A stretch of 64,000 nt of DNA from Vescimonas coprocola (GCA_963660615.1 CAVKYE010000005.1:3349-67348), one strand, 5' to 3'. Shown: positions 18,327 through 27,876, counted from the first letter of the stretch. Notes: generated from the sequence alone by a model not told the origin. Made by a program: numbers and translations.

Positions 18327-20171
18327 ATGAATTTAAAAATCAATGAAGAAAAGTTTGAAGAAATTCAAAATAGGAAAAAATTAGAAGGGAATTTAAAAAA
18401 AGTGACGGGTTATCCAGCACTTGATAAACCTTGGGAAAGGTTTTATGACAAATGTGAATTTTATAAGCCTAAGACTTTGAAAACTGTTTATCAAGAGATT
18501 TATGATAATAATGTGGATTATCCAAACGATTTAGCGCTTGAGTATTTTTATGCTCATATAAGTTTTAATAATTTGTTTAAAAATATTGAAAAAACTGCGA
18601 AGTCATTAGAAGAATATGGAATTAAAAGAGGTGATTTTGTAACTATATGTGCGCCTGGTATGCCTGAAACTATTTATAGTTTTTATGCACTTTCAAAATT
18701 AGGTGGGGTTGCAAATATGATGGCACCTTATTTCGATCCAAAAGGTTTGGTAGAAAGAATTAATGAATGTGAAAGTGACTTATTAATTGTAATGGATAGT
18801 TTTTATGGTGTGATTAAGGATGCTATTGATAAATCTAGGATTAAAAATGTGGTTGTTGTTCCTACTTTTAATTCTTCACCACTTGGTATTGTTTTAAAAT
18901 CAAAATATAAATTACAGAAGAATAGTAATGAGATTTTTTGGAAAGAATTTATAAAGGATGGTAAGGGAAGAGAAGGAGTAGATGCATTACCATATGAGAA
19001 AAATAGGCCTCTTGCGATGGTTTATTCTAGTGGTACGACTGGAGCGGCTAAAGGTATATTACTTTCAAATGATAGTTTTCAAAATTCAATTCAATCTTAT
19101 CCAACTTTAGGTATAAATTTATCTAGGGGACAAAAGTTTTATCAAATAATACCTACATGGTATTCTACTGGTCTTAGTACGTCAGTTCATTTACCTTTAT
19201 CATATGGGTCTACTGTATTTATGGATCCGAGGTTTGAAAGGGAGGTTTTTGTTAAGAATGTTATAAAACATAAACCTAATTATGCTGTTGCAGCGACTAG
19301 TATATATGAAGGATTTTTAGATGAAAAACTTGTTGGTAATAGTGATTTGTCACATTTTAATTATCCTTTTGAGGGTGGAGAGCCTTTAAGAAGTGATGTT
19401 GCAGAACAAATTAACGAAGTTTTTAAACAACATGGTAGTGATGCTAAACTTGGGGCTGCTTATGGACAATGTGAGTGTGGTGGAGCAATTACTACACAAA
19501 CGACAGATGATGAACATTCTGCTGGTTCAGTTGGGATACCATTACCAGGGGTAACTTTAAATATTATGAATGATGATAAAGAAATGATGCCTTATAATGA
19601 GCGTGGAGTTATTTATGCTAACACACCATGTAGTATGATTGAGTATTACAAAAACGAGGCTGCTACTAATGAATATTTCTATATAGATGAAAATGGAACT
19701 AAATGGAATAATACTGGTGATATTGGTTATATAGATGAAAATGGAGAATTATATGTGCTTGGTAGAAGTAGTGATTATTCTATTATTGATGGTAAAAAGG
19801 TATATAATTTTGATATTGAGAATGTTATTATGCAATTTGATGAGGTTAGTCTTTGTGATGTTTTAGAAAAGAAAATTGATGATGGTACATCTACTGTGGT
19901 TGCTCATATAATTTTAGATGAAGCAGCTGAACAATTTTTAGGAAAGGATTCAGCTGCATTAAATGCTTTATTTAAAAGGATTCAAGATGCTATATATAGT
20001 GAGTTAAATGATGTTTCATTTGTTCCAACGTTATTTAAAATTAGAAAGGAATTTCCTTGTGCTCCTTCTGGGAAACGAGATGTTAATGGAATGAAAAATG
20101 AAACTGAAGGATTTATTGAAATGCCAAAATATATTTCTAATGATAAAAAAAAGAAATTGTCTTTATATTAA
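18327..20171 (+). CDS. adenylate-forming enzyme (AMP-binding / acyl-CoA synthetase superfamily), paralog 1
   Basis: MVYSSGTTGAAKGILLSN core motif A3, TGDIGYIDENGELYVLGR (A8-like), C-terminal PSGKRD. Confidence 0.85.
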   Translation: MNLKINEEKFEEIQNRKKLEGNLKKVTGYPALDKPWERFYDKCEFYKPKTLKTVYQEIYDNNVDYPNDLALEYFYAHISFNNLFKNIEKTAKSLEEYGIKRGDFVTICAPGMPETIYSFYALSKLGGVANMMAPYFDPKGLVERINECESDLLIVMDSFYGVIKDAIDKSRIKNVVVVPTFNSSPLGIVLKSKYKLQKNSNEIFWKEFIKDGKGREGVDALPYEKNRPLAMVYSSGTTGAAKGILLSNDSFQNSIQSYPTLGINLSRGQKFYQIIPTWYSTGLSTSVHLPLSYGSTVFMDPRFEREVFVKNVIKHKPNYAVAATSIYEGFLDEKLVGNSDLSHFNYPFEGGEPLRSDVAEQINEVFKQHGSDAKLGAAYGQCECGGAITTQTTDDEHSAGSVGIPLPGVTLNIMNDDKEMMPYNERGVIYANTPCSMIEYYKNEAATNEYFYIDENGTKWNNTGDIGYIDENGELYVLGRSSDYSIIDGKKVYNFDIENVIMQFDEVSLCDVLEKKIDDGTSTVVAHIILDEAAEQFLGKDSAALNALFKRIQDAIYSELNDVSFVPTLFKIRKEFPCAPSGKRDVNGMKNETEGFIEMPKYISNDKKKKLSLY

Positions 20172-20185
20172 AAGAATAAAAGGAG

Positions 20186-22003
20186 GTGTTTGCTGTGGTA
20201 GTGACTAATTTAACGATGCTAATTTTATTTAGTATCTTTTACATGTTTGGGGTATTATTTATCTATTTTTCAAAGACGAGATTAAAAAGTGAGGAAACGA
20301 AGATTTATTCTTTATTGATAATTTCTAATATAATTGGTTTATTTTTGCAATTATTATGTGATTTTGTTTCGTTTAAGTATGATGAATTATCTCCTATATT
20401 TTGTGATTTGATTTTTAGACTTTATTTAATATATTTTGTTGTTTGGACAACCTTGATTTTTATATATTTGATTGAAATTTCATTTAAGAATAAGAAAAAA
20501 ATTGTTAAATTAGCTATATTTGGGGCGATTATAGTAGCGGCAGGAGCACTTTTATTACCTTATGATTTGTATAGAAATATGGTAGATAAAATATATTATA
20601 CTTACAATGGTGCGGTTACTTTAGTATTTGCTTATGCTGGAATAATTGGTATGTTTATGTTTGCTATATTAATATTTAAGAGAAAAAATATAAGTAAGAG
20701 GAAGGCAATTCCGTTATGGATATTTATAATTTCTAGTTTGTTATTAACATATATACAGATGAATAGGCCAGAATTTGTAGTAATGGCGGCGATGGAAAGT
20801 TTTATTTGTTGTATGATGTATTTTACTATTGAAAATCCTGATGTGCAGATGATTAATGAACTTTATAAGAATAAAAAATTAATTGAGAAATCTAATGAGG
20901 ATACTTCTAGGTTTTTGTTTAGGATTACTCAGGATATTAGGAGGCCAGTAGAGGAAATTAGTGATATTAGTAATGATATGAAAACTTTGAATACTAAGGA
21001 AGAATTTATAGAGGCTAGTAAATATATTAATAATTATAGTAATCAAGTTGATTATTTGATTAATAAGGCTTTAAATATTTCTAATATGGATACACAAACT
21101 ATTAAGATTTTTGAGAACAAATATAACCCTCGTAATTTGTTTAAGGAAGTTAGTTTTAGGGCTTTGGAGAATAAGAATGACAATATTAAATTTAGTTACC
21201 AGTTAAGTAATAGTCTTCCTAATTATTTATATGGAGATTCTATTAAGCTTAAACAGACTTTATCCTCTATTATTAATATTGCTTATAGTTATACTAGTTC
21301 TGGTTTTGTTAATATGGATGTGAGTACGATTATTAAGTATGGTATTTGTAGACTTGTTATTACAATTGAGGATTCTGGACGTGGTATTAGTATTGATAGG
21401 ATAAATGAGATTCTTAGTATGACTGGTAGTGATTTAAAGAGTGTTAATATTTCTAATAATGATAATTGTTATTTGGATATTATTTCGGTTAAGAAGCTTG
21501 TTAATATGCTTGGTGGTTCACTTATGATTAAGAGTGAAGAAAATAAGGGTACTGTTGTTACGATTACTTTGGATCAAAGGATTGTTAAGGATAAGAGTAC
21601 TGAGTTATCTAAGAAATTAGAAAGGTATGAGCAGTCTTTGTATGGGGATAAAAAAGCTCTTGTTATTGATTCTGATGAGAAGGAACTTGTTTTGATTTCT
21701 GATGTTTTACAGAAAAGTGGTATAACGGTTTCATCTTCGGTTTATGCGAAGGATTGTATAGAAAATATTAGAAGTAAGATGAAATATGATTTTATTATTT
21801 TGGATGATGTTTTATCTGATAGTAGTGCTTATGATGTTTTAAAGGAAATATCAAAGAATAAAAATTTTAAGATTCCAGTTATTGTTATGATTAGTGATAA
21901 TAAGGAAGGAATAAAACTTCATTACATGAAGGATGGATTTTTTGATTGTATTATGAAATCTAAATTAGATTCAGAGCTTGAGAGAATTCTTAAGAGATTT
22001 TAA
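20186..22003 (+). CDS. 7TM hybrid histidine-kinase-like receptor (H-box His replaced by Gln), paralog 1; start may be GTG 20195
   Basis: Seven hydrophobic helices in the first ~210 aa. RFLFRITQDIRRPV in the H-box position. HATPase_c N box (IINIAYSYT), DSGRGI, LGGSL. C-terminal receiver (ALVIDSDE, FIILDD, VIVMISD, IMKS). Confidence 0.8.
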   Translation: MFAVVVTNLTMLILFSIFYMFGVLFIYFSKTRLKSEETKIYSLLIISNIIGLFLQLLCDFVSFKYDELSPIFCDLIFRLYLIYFVVWTTLIFIYLIEISFKNKKKIVKLAIFGAIIVAAGALLLPYDLYRNMVDKIYYTYNGAVTLVFAYAGIIGMFMFAILIFKRKNISKRKAIPLWIFIISSLLLTYIQMNRPEFVVMAAMESFICCMMYFTIENPDVQMINELYKNKKLIEKSNEDTSRFLFRITQDIRRPVEEISDISNDMKTLNTKEEFIEASKYINNYSNQVDYLINKALNISNMDTQTIKIFENKYNPRNLFKEVSFRALENKNDNIKFSYQLSNSLPNYLYGDSIKLKQTLSSIINIAYSYTSSGFVNMDVSTIIKYGICRLVITIEDSGRGISIDRINEILSMTGSDLKSVNISNNDNCYLDIISVKKLVNMLGGSLMIKSEENKGTVVTITLDQRIVKDKSTELSKKLERYEQSLYGDKKALVIDSDEKELVLISDVLQKSGITVSSSVYAKDCIENIRSKMKYDFIILDDVLSDSSAYDVLKEISKNKNFKIPVIVMISDNKEGIKLHYMKDGFFDCIMKSKLDSELERILKRF

Positions 22004-22026
22004 AGCCTATTTTGGCTTTTTTTCTT
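20816..22026. repeat. ~1.2 kb near-identical repeat, copy A (cytoplasmic half of kinase 1 plus terminator)
   Basis: Constant offset of 3916 nt to copy B and identical translation. Differences seen: GAA/GAG at 20833, stop TAA/TAG, one base in the terminator. Confidence 0.9.
22002..22024 (+). terminator. rho-independent terminator
   Basis: AAAGCC-TATTTT-GGCTTT followed by a T run. Confidence 0.6.
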
Positions 22027-22076
22027 TATTTTAGTGCATTTTTTTGGTTATCGTGTTATAATTTGTGTGTAGTATT
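22021..22076 (+). promoter_or_regulatory. promoter element, copy 2
   Basis: Same 56 nt as 18251-18306 with 2 mismatches. TGtTATAAT, -10 at 22057-22062. Confidence 0.55.
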
Positions 22077-22097
22077 TAGTTAGATTGGGGGGAAATA

Positions 22098-24002
22098 ATG
22101 ACTAAAACACAAATTAAGCCTTATGAAAAGGCTAATCAAACTGTATATGACTATATATATAATGAAAATAGTCATAGACTAGAGCTTCCAGCTATTAATT
22201 ATTTTGATAATAGGATTTCTTATCGAGATTTCTTACATAATAGTATGGTTGTTGCTAAGGCGCTTGATGATTATGGAATTAAAAGGGGAGATTTTGTTAC
22301 TGTAGTAGCACCTAGTTTGCCTGAGACGTATTATATTCTTTTGGCGGCTAGTAAGATTGGTGCAGTTGCTAATTTTGTTGATCCTAGATATGGTGAAAAG
22401 GCGATTGAACACAAGATAAATGCAGCAGGTTCTGAACTTGTAATTGCATTTGATGGTGCTGTTAAAACGGTTAATTCAAAAACTGGTGAGGCAAAACCTG
22501 TTCATGTTTTGGACAAGGTTGGAAATGTTTTGGATAACACTAGTGCTAAAACGGTTATTGGACTTCCAGCTAGTAATTCTATTGCTTTAAGGTCTATTAT
22601 TAAAAATGATATAATAAGGGCTGCTATGTTTGATAAACAGGTTAGTGATTTTAAAAATTATTATTCTTGGAAGGAGTTTTTTAAGACTGGTGTTAAGGGA
22701 CTTTCTTTTGGAAAGATTGATGCTGTTTTACCAGAGTCAGAGTTTTATAAAGATTCTCCAGTTGCAGTTGTGTCTACTGGTGGAACTACTGGTATGCCAA
22801 AGAGTGCTTTGTTTTCTAATGAAAATATTATAAGTGCGACTTTACAATGCCGTGAGACGGGAATATTTCCTGAAGAGGCAAGATGGTATGACATTATGCC
22901 TCCTTCAATTGCTTATGGTCTTGCTGATGGTTCTATTTTGCCTTTTTCTCTTGGTAATGAGGTTAAATTAAATCCAGATCCAACTTCTATGAGTTTAAAG
23001 AATCCAAAACAGTTACATATGGTTGAAGATTTTGTAAGATTTGATCCACATACTATTGCTTGTGCTCCTAATCATGTTTTTGCTATTTTGGATAGTAAAG
23101 AATGGCAAAATAATTCACATAGTCTTATCAATTTTATTGTTGGTGGTGATTCTTTAAATAAAGAACAACTTAGAAGGGCTAATGAAAAGCTTAAATTTGT
23201 AAAAAGACCACGAAAATTTGACAAAGAAAAATTACTAGGTGATAGAGAAGATATTTTGAAGATAAATACTGGTTGGGGTTCAACTGAAACTACGGCAGCG
23301 GCTAGTGTTGCTCGTGGTAGTGAAAATGTTAAAGATAATGCGGTTGGACAAGTATTACCTAATGAAATTGTTAGAGCTTTTAGGAAAAATGATTCTGGTG
23401 ATTATGAAGAATTGCCTACTATTAAATCATCTGATGTAGATAATGTTTCTGAAAATCAAATTGGTGAATTATGTGTGGCTGGTCCAAATGTATTTTTAGG
23501 TTATTTAAATAATCAGGAAGAAACTGATAAGACTATTATAACTCATGATGGAGAAAGATGGGCTCATCAAGGTGATTTGGGTTTTGTTGAGGAGACTTCA
23601 AATGGTGATGAATACGTTCATTTTATTGATAGAGAAAAATATGTGTGTGTCAGATATGATGGTTTTAAGGTTACTCCAGTAGAAATTGAGAATGTTATTT
23701 TGAAAGATGATAATATTGATGGATGTAAAGCTGTGGTATTTGATGATTTAAATCATGAAAAAGGTAGTGTTATAAAAGTTTATTATACATTGAAGAAAGA
23801 TCGTGTTGTGGATATTGAAGCACTAGAGGAACGTATTAGTTTAATGTGTGAGACTGAACTTGCTGATTATAAGTGTCCTACTGCTTATGAGTGTTTGGAG
23901 GTTTTACCACTTACTGGTTCTGGTAAGATAGATGTTATGACTTTGAAAAAAGATGCTTTAGAAAAGGCTAAATTGTCTATTAAATCTAAGACTTTAGATT
24001 AA
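22098..24002 (+). CDS. adenylate-forming enzyme (AMP-binding superfamily), paralog 2
   Basis: VVSTGGTTGMPKSALFSN, GWGSTET, HQGDLGFVEE.., C-terminal GSGKID. Confidence 0.85.
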   Translation: MTKTQIKPYEKANQTVYDYIYNENSHRLELPAINYFDNRISYRDFLHNSMVVAKALDDYGIKRGDFVTVVAPSLPETYYILLAASKIGAVANFVDPRYGEKAIEHKINAAGSELVIAFDGAVKTVNSKTGEAKPVHVLDKVGNVLDNTSAKTVIGLPASNSIALRSIIKNDIIRAAMFDKQVSDFKNYYSWKEFFKTGVKGLSFGKIDAVLPESEFYKDSPVAVVSTGGTTGMPKSALFSNENIISATLQCRETGIFPEEARWYDIMPPSIAYGLADGSILPFSLGNEVKLNPDPTSMSLKNPKQLHMVEDFVRFDPHTIACAPNHVFAILDSKEWQNNSHSLINFIVGGDSLNKEQLRRANEKLKFVKRPRKFDKEKLLGDREDILKINTGWGSTETTAAASVARGSENVKDNAVGQVLPNEIVRAFRKNDSGDYEELPTIKSSDVDNVSENQIGELCVAGPNVFLGYLNNQEETDKTIITHDGERWAHQGDLGFVEETSNGDEYVHFIDREKYVCVRYDGFKVTPVEIENVILKDDNIDGCKAVVFDDLNHEKGSVIKVYYTLKKDRVVDIEALEERISLMCETELADYKCPTAYECLEVLPLTGSGKIDVMTLKKDALEKAKLSIKSKTLD

Positions 24003-24083
24003 TGACAATATGTCTTTTTTTGTAAAAAAATTTACTTTTTTGTTCTTTTAATGTTATAATGGAGATAATATAAGGAGGTTTTT

Positions 24084-25919
24084 ATGGTTATAGGTGTATC
24101 TGTTATTAGTTGTTGTTTGATTTATAGTATTTTGCTTATGATAATTTATTTTTCTAAGCAAAGATTAGATAACATGGAAAATAAGGTTTATGGTGTTATG
24201 GTTATAATAAATATTTTTGGCCTTATTTTGGAACTTTTGTGTTGCTATTTTACTTATAAAAATGGTGATAGTTCTATCAATTCTTTGCTTTGTTCTATTT
24301 GTAATAGGTTATTTATTATATATATGCTTACTTGGCTTTTTCTGTTTACTTTTTATATATTTTATATTACTTTTAGTAAGCAGGTTAGTATTAAGAAAGA
24401 GCTTGATAGATATAAACAGTTATTTTTGAAAGTGGCAACTTTTATATATGTTATTTTGTTTTTATTAGCGATGATTTTACCTATTTATTACTTTAATGAC
24501 GGAACGTATGTATATAGTTATGGGCCAGCGACATCTTTGCTTGTTGTTTTTGGTGGCACTTCAATTTTATTTGATATATTTTGTGTTGTTAAAAATAGAA
24601 AAAATATTAGATCTAAACAGTATTATCCACTTTTTGTATTTATTTTACTTATGATTGTTGTTTTAATAATTAGAAATATAAATCCTGGAATAATACTTAT
24701 TAATTCAACTTTTGCATTTATAACTATGATTATGTATTTTACTATTGAGAATCCTGATGTGCAGATGATTAATGAACTTTATAAGAATAAAAAATTAATT
24801 GAGAAATCTAATGAGGATACTTCTAGGTTTTTGTTTAGGATTACTCAGGATATTAGGAGGCCAGTAGAGGAAATTAGTGATATTAGTAATGATATGAAAA
24901 CTTTGAATACTAAGGAAGAATTTATAGAGGCTAGTAAATATATTAATAATTATAGTAATCAAGTTGATTATTTGATTAATAAGGCTTTAAATATTTCTAA
25001 TATGGATACACAAACTATTAAGATTTTTGAGAACAAATATAACCCTCGTAATTTGTTTAAGGAAGTTAGTTTTAGGGCTTTGGAGAATAAGAATGACAAT
25101 ATTAAATTTAGTTACCAGTTAAGTAATAGTCTTCCTAATTATTTATATGGAGATTCTATTAAGCTTAAACAGACTTTATCCTCTATTATTAATATTGCTT
25201 ATAGTTATACTAGTTCTGGTTTTGTTAATATGGATGTGAGTACGATTATTAAGTATGGTATTTGTAGACTTGTTATTACAATTGAGGATTCTGGACGTGG
25301 TATTAGTATTGATAGGATAAATGAGATTCTTAGTATGACTGGTAGTGATTTAAAGAGTGTTAATATTTCTAATAATGATAATTGTTATTTGGATATTATT
25401 TCGGTTAAGAAGCTTGTTAATATGCTTGGTGGTTCACTTATGATTAAGAGTGAAGAAAATAAGGGTACTGTTGTTACGATTACTTTGGATCAAAGGATTG
25501 TTAAGGATAAGAGTACTGAGTTATCTAAGAAATTAGAAAGGTATGAGCAGTCTTTGTATGGGGATAAAAAAGCTCTTGTTATTGATTCTGATGAGAAGGA
25601 ACTTGTTTTGATTTCTGATGTTTTACAGAAAAGTGGTATAACGGTTTCATCTTCGGTTTATGCGAAGGATTGTATAGAAAATATTAGAAGTAAGATGAAA
25701 TATGATTTTATTATTTTGGATGATGTTTTATCTGATAGTAGTGCTTATGATGTTTTAAAGGAAATATCAAAGAATAAAAATTTTAAGATTCCAGTTATTG
25801 TTATGATTAGTGATAATAAGGAAGGAATAAAACTTCATTACATGAAGGATGGATTTTTTGATTGTATTATGAAATCTAAATTAGATTCAGAGCTTGAGAG
25901 AATTCTTAAGAGATTTTAG
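24084..25919 (+). CDS. 7TM hybrid histidine-kinase-like receptor, paralog 2
   Basis: Diverged multi-pass N-terminus. The C-terminal ~395 aa are identical to 20186-22003. Confidence 0.8.
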   Translation: MVIGVSVISCCLIYSILLMIIYFSKQRLDNMENKVYGVMVIINIFGLILELLCCYFTYKNGDSSINSLLCSICNRLFIIYMLTWLFLFTFYIFYITFSKQVSIKKELDRYKQLFLKVATFIYVILFLLAMILPIYYFNDGTYVYSYGPATSLLVVFGGTSILFDIFCVVKNRKNIRSKQYYPLFVFILLMIVVLIIRNINPGIILINSTFAFITMIMYFTIENPDVQMINELYKNKKLIEKSNEDTSRFLFRITQDIRRPVEEISDISNDMKTLNTKEEFIEASKYINNYSNQVDYLINKALNISNMDTQTIKIFENKYNPRNLFKEVSFRALENKNDNIKFSYQLSNSLPNYLYGDSIKLKQTLSSIINIAYSYTSSGFVNMDVSTIIKYGICRLVITIEDSGRGISIDRINEILSMTGSDLKSVNISNNDNCYLDIISVKKLVNMLGGSLMIKSEENKGTVVTITLDQRIVKDKSTELSKKLERYEQSLYGDKKALVIDSDEKELVLISDVLQKSGITVSSSVYAKDCIENIRSKMKYDFIILDDVLSDSSAYDVLKEISKNKNFKIPVIVMISDNKEGIKLHYMKDGFFDCIMKSKLDSELERILKRF

Positions 25920-25942
25920 AGCTTATTTTGGCTTTTTTTCTT
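24732..25942. repeat. ~1.2 kb near-identical repeat, copy B
   Basis: See copy A. Confidence 0.9.
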
Positions 25943-26047
25943 TGATTTTACATAAAAACTGTAAAATGTAGTATTTTGTCGGGTTTTTATAATTGAATTT
26001 TCTTGTTATTGGTGGTATATTTGATTTATGGAATAGAGGGAGATTTT

Positions 26048-26212
26048 ATGCATACGAAAGATAAACAAAATTTTGTTGTAGGCTTTTCTTTTGTTGTAAT
26101 TATTTGTTTTTTAGTAGCAAATTTGATGACTAAATTTGTGGTTTTGGATTTGGTTTATTTGTTATTTATGGTTGGGTGTTTTATAAGGTTTATCTATATT
26201 AAAATTCATTAG
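26048..26212 (+). CDS. small hypothetical membrane protein (54 aa)
   Basis: ATG after AGAGGGAG; two hydrophobic helices. Flanked by a 19-bp direct repeat. Confidence 0.35.
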   Translation: MHTKDKQNFVVGFSFVVIICFLVANLMTKFVVLDLVYLLFMVGCFIRFIYIKIH

Positions 26213-26364
26213 ATTTTGGTATGGGTATTTTTTTTACATTTTTTTACATTTTAGCTTTTTTTCTTTGATTTTGATAAAATATTACTTTTTTTATTGTTTA
26301 TAATATTTATTTTTATGAAATTATTTTAAAATATGCTATAATTTTTTTGATTGGAGTGATTTTT

Positions 26365-27123
26365 ATGATGATTGATACTCATTGTCATTTGTTTAAGGAG
26401 GATTATCCTGATTTAGATGCCGTCATAAAAAATATGGATGGGAATATAATGATAGTAAGTAGTGCAGGTCCTTCTGATATTGATGAGGTTATGGATTTGA
26501 TTGATAAGTATGATAATATTTATGGTACTATTGGTATTCATCCTGAGTATGCGGATACTTATACTATTGATGATTTGAATAAGGTGGAGGCTTGTTTATC
26601 TCATCCTAAGGTTGTGGGCGTTGGGGAGATTGGGCTTGATTACCATTATACGTCTTTAAATAAGGAGGCTCAAAAGGAGTTATTTATTAAGCAGATTAAG
26701 CTTGCTAATAAATATGGGAAGACGATTGTTATTCATACTCGTGATGCTATGCGTGATACTTATGATATTTTGAAGGAATATAAAGATAAAGATTTGAAGT
26801 GTAATCTGCACTGCTATGGTGGTAGTTTAGAGATGGCTTATGAATTTATCAAGTTAAATTGTACTTTTGGTATTGGTGGAGTTCTTACTTTTAAGAATGA
26901 GAAGAAACTTAAGGAAATTGTTAAAAGGCTTGATATTTCTAATTTTGTTTTAGAGACTGACTCTCCATACCTTACTCCTTCGCCTTTTAGGGGAAAGAGA
27001 AATGAACCTAAAAATATATATTATGTGGCTTTATGTATTGCGGATTTAAGAGGTATGGAGTTGGATGATGTTTTGGCTATTACAAGTTCTACTGCTATGC
27101 GTCAATTTGACATAAATATTTAG
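26365..27123 (+). CDS. tatD: TatD family metal-dependent hydrolase/DNase
   Basis: MIDTHCHL, GEIGLDYHY, VIHTRDA, ETDSPYL motifs. Matches metG-yabD synteny of Bacillota. Confidence 0.88.
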   Translation: MMIDTHCHLFKEDYPDLDAVIKNMDGNIMIVSSAGPSDIDEVMDLIDKYDNIYGTIGIHPEYADTYTIDDLNKVEACLSHPKVVGVGEIGLDYHYTSLNKEAQKELFIKQIKLANKYGKTIVIHTRDAMRDTYDILKEYKDKDLKCNLHCYGGSLEMAYEFIKLNCTFGIGGVLTFKNEKKLKEIVKRLDISNFVLETDSPYLTPSPFRGKRNEPKNIYYVALCIADLRGMELDDVLAITSSTAMRQFDINI

Positions 27124-27168
27124 GTATGGTATACTCGGTAAGGTTTCAATTTTGAAATGGAGGAATTT

Positions 27169-27876
27169 ATGAATACTTATTTGCTGGGGCTGATAGCAAA
27201 ATGGGCAGGAATTTTATGCCTTTCAGTTTCAGGACTATTTAATTCTGGATCACTATTTTCAGAGGAGAAAATCGAAGTAGATAATGTAAATCAAACTAAA
27301 AACTCGGCAGCTGGTGTTACAGAGGTTGCCTATAATACAGAGAAAACTTACAATAGTAAGCTTCCTTCTAACATAACCATTACTAAAGTTAAGGGTCAAA
27401 ATGGCCTTGCTTATACTGACAGTTCAAATAATACTGTGGAAACATTGACAGAACCTGTTGATGAAGTCTTAGAAATTGGAACCGGAGATTATGGTGAATA
27501 TGTTGGAAAGATGACTGGATATGGTGCGGATTGCGATGGTTGTAGTTCTACTGGCACTTTGTCTTGTCAGACTAGGGAAGGAGAATCTTGGAGTTTAGTA
27601 AATGATGGTGAATTTTATAATGATAGTGAATATGGTAGTGTCCGTATTTTAGCGGCGGCTTTGGATAAGTTTCCATGTGGTACTATTATTAAGGTTCAAA
27701 ATACTGGACTTGGAGATTTTACGGCTATTGTAATGGATACTGGTAGTGCGATGAGAAATGCTTGGTCTAATGGGACTATTCTTATGGATCTTGCTTTTAA
27801 GTCGGAATCTTCTGATGGAGTTCATAATGCTACTGGTAGTAACATTAAATACAGCGTTCAAAGATGGGGATGGTAA
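27169..27876 (+). CDS. 3D-domain (YabE/YuiC-like) cell-wall-associated protein
   Basis: N-terminal hydrophobic helix, then MTGYGADCDGCSSTG...AIVMDTGSA, typical of 3D / RlpA-like double-psi barrel proteins. Synteny after tatD. Confidence 0.65.
   Translation: MNTYLLGLIAKWAGILCLSVSGLFNSGSLFSEEKIEVDNVNQTKNSAAGVTEVAYNTEKTYNSKLPSNITITKVKGQNGLAYTDSSNNTVETLTEPVDEVLEIGTGDYGEYVGKMTGYGADCDGCSSTGTLSCQTREGESWSLVNDGEFYNDSEYGSVRILAAALDKFPCGTIIKVQNTGLGDFTAIVMDTGSAMRNAWSNGTILMDLAFKSESSDGVHNATGSNIKYSVQRWGW

Noticed and set aside
22630-24429. Internal alternative-frame ORFs (22630-22833, 24217-24429; likewise 32186-32386, 33263-33457, 44147-44356)
   Set aside because: They are embedded in the same strand of well-supported genes in other frames. 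Their products are Leu-rich artefacts.
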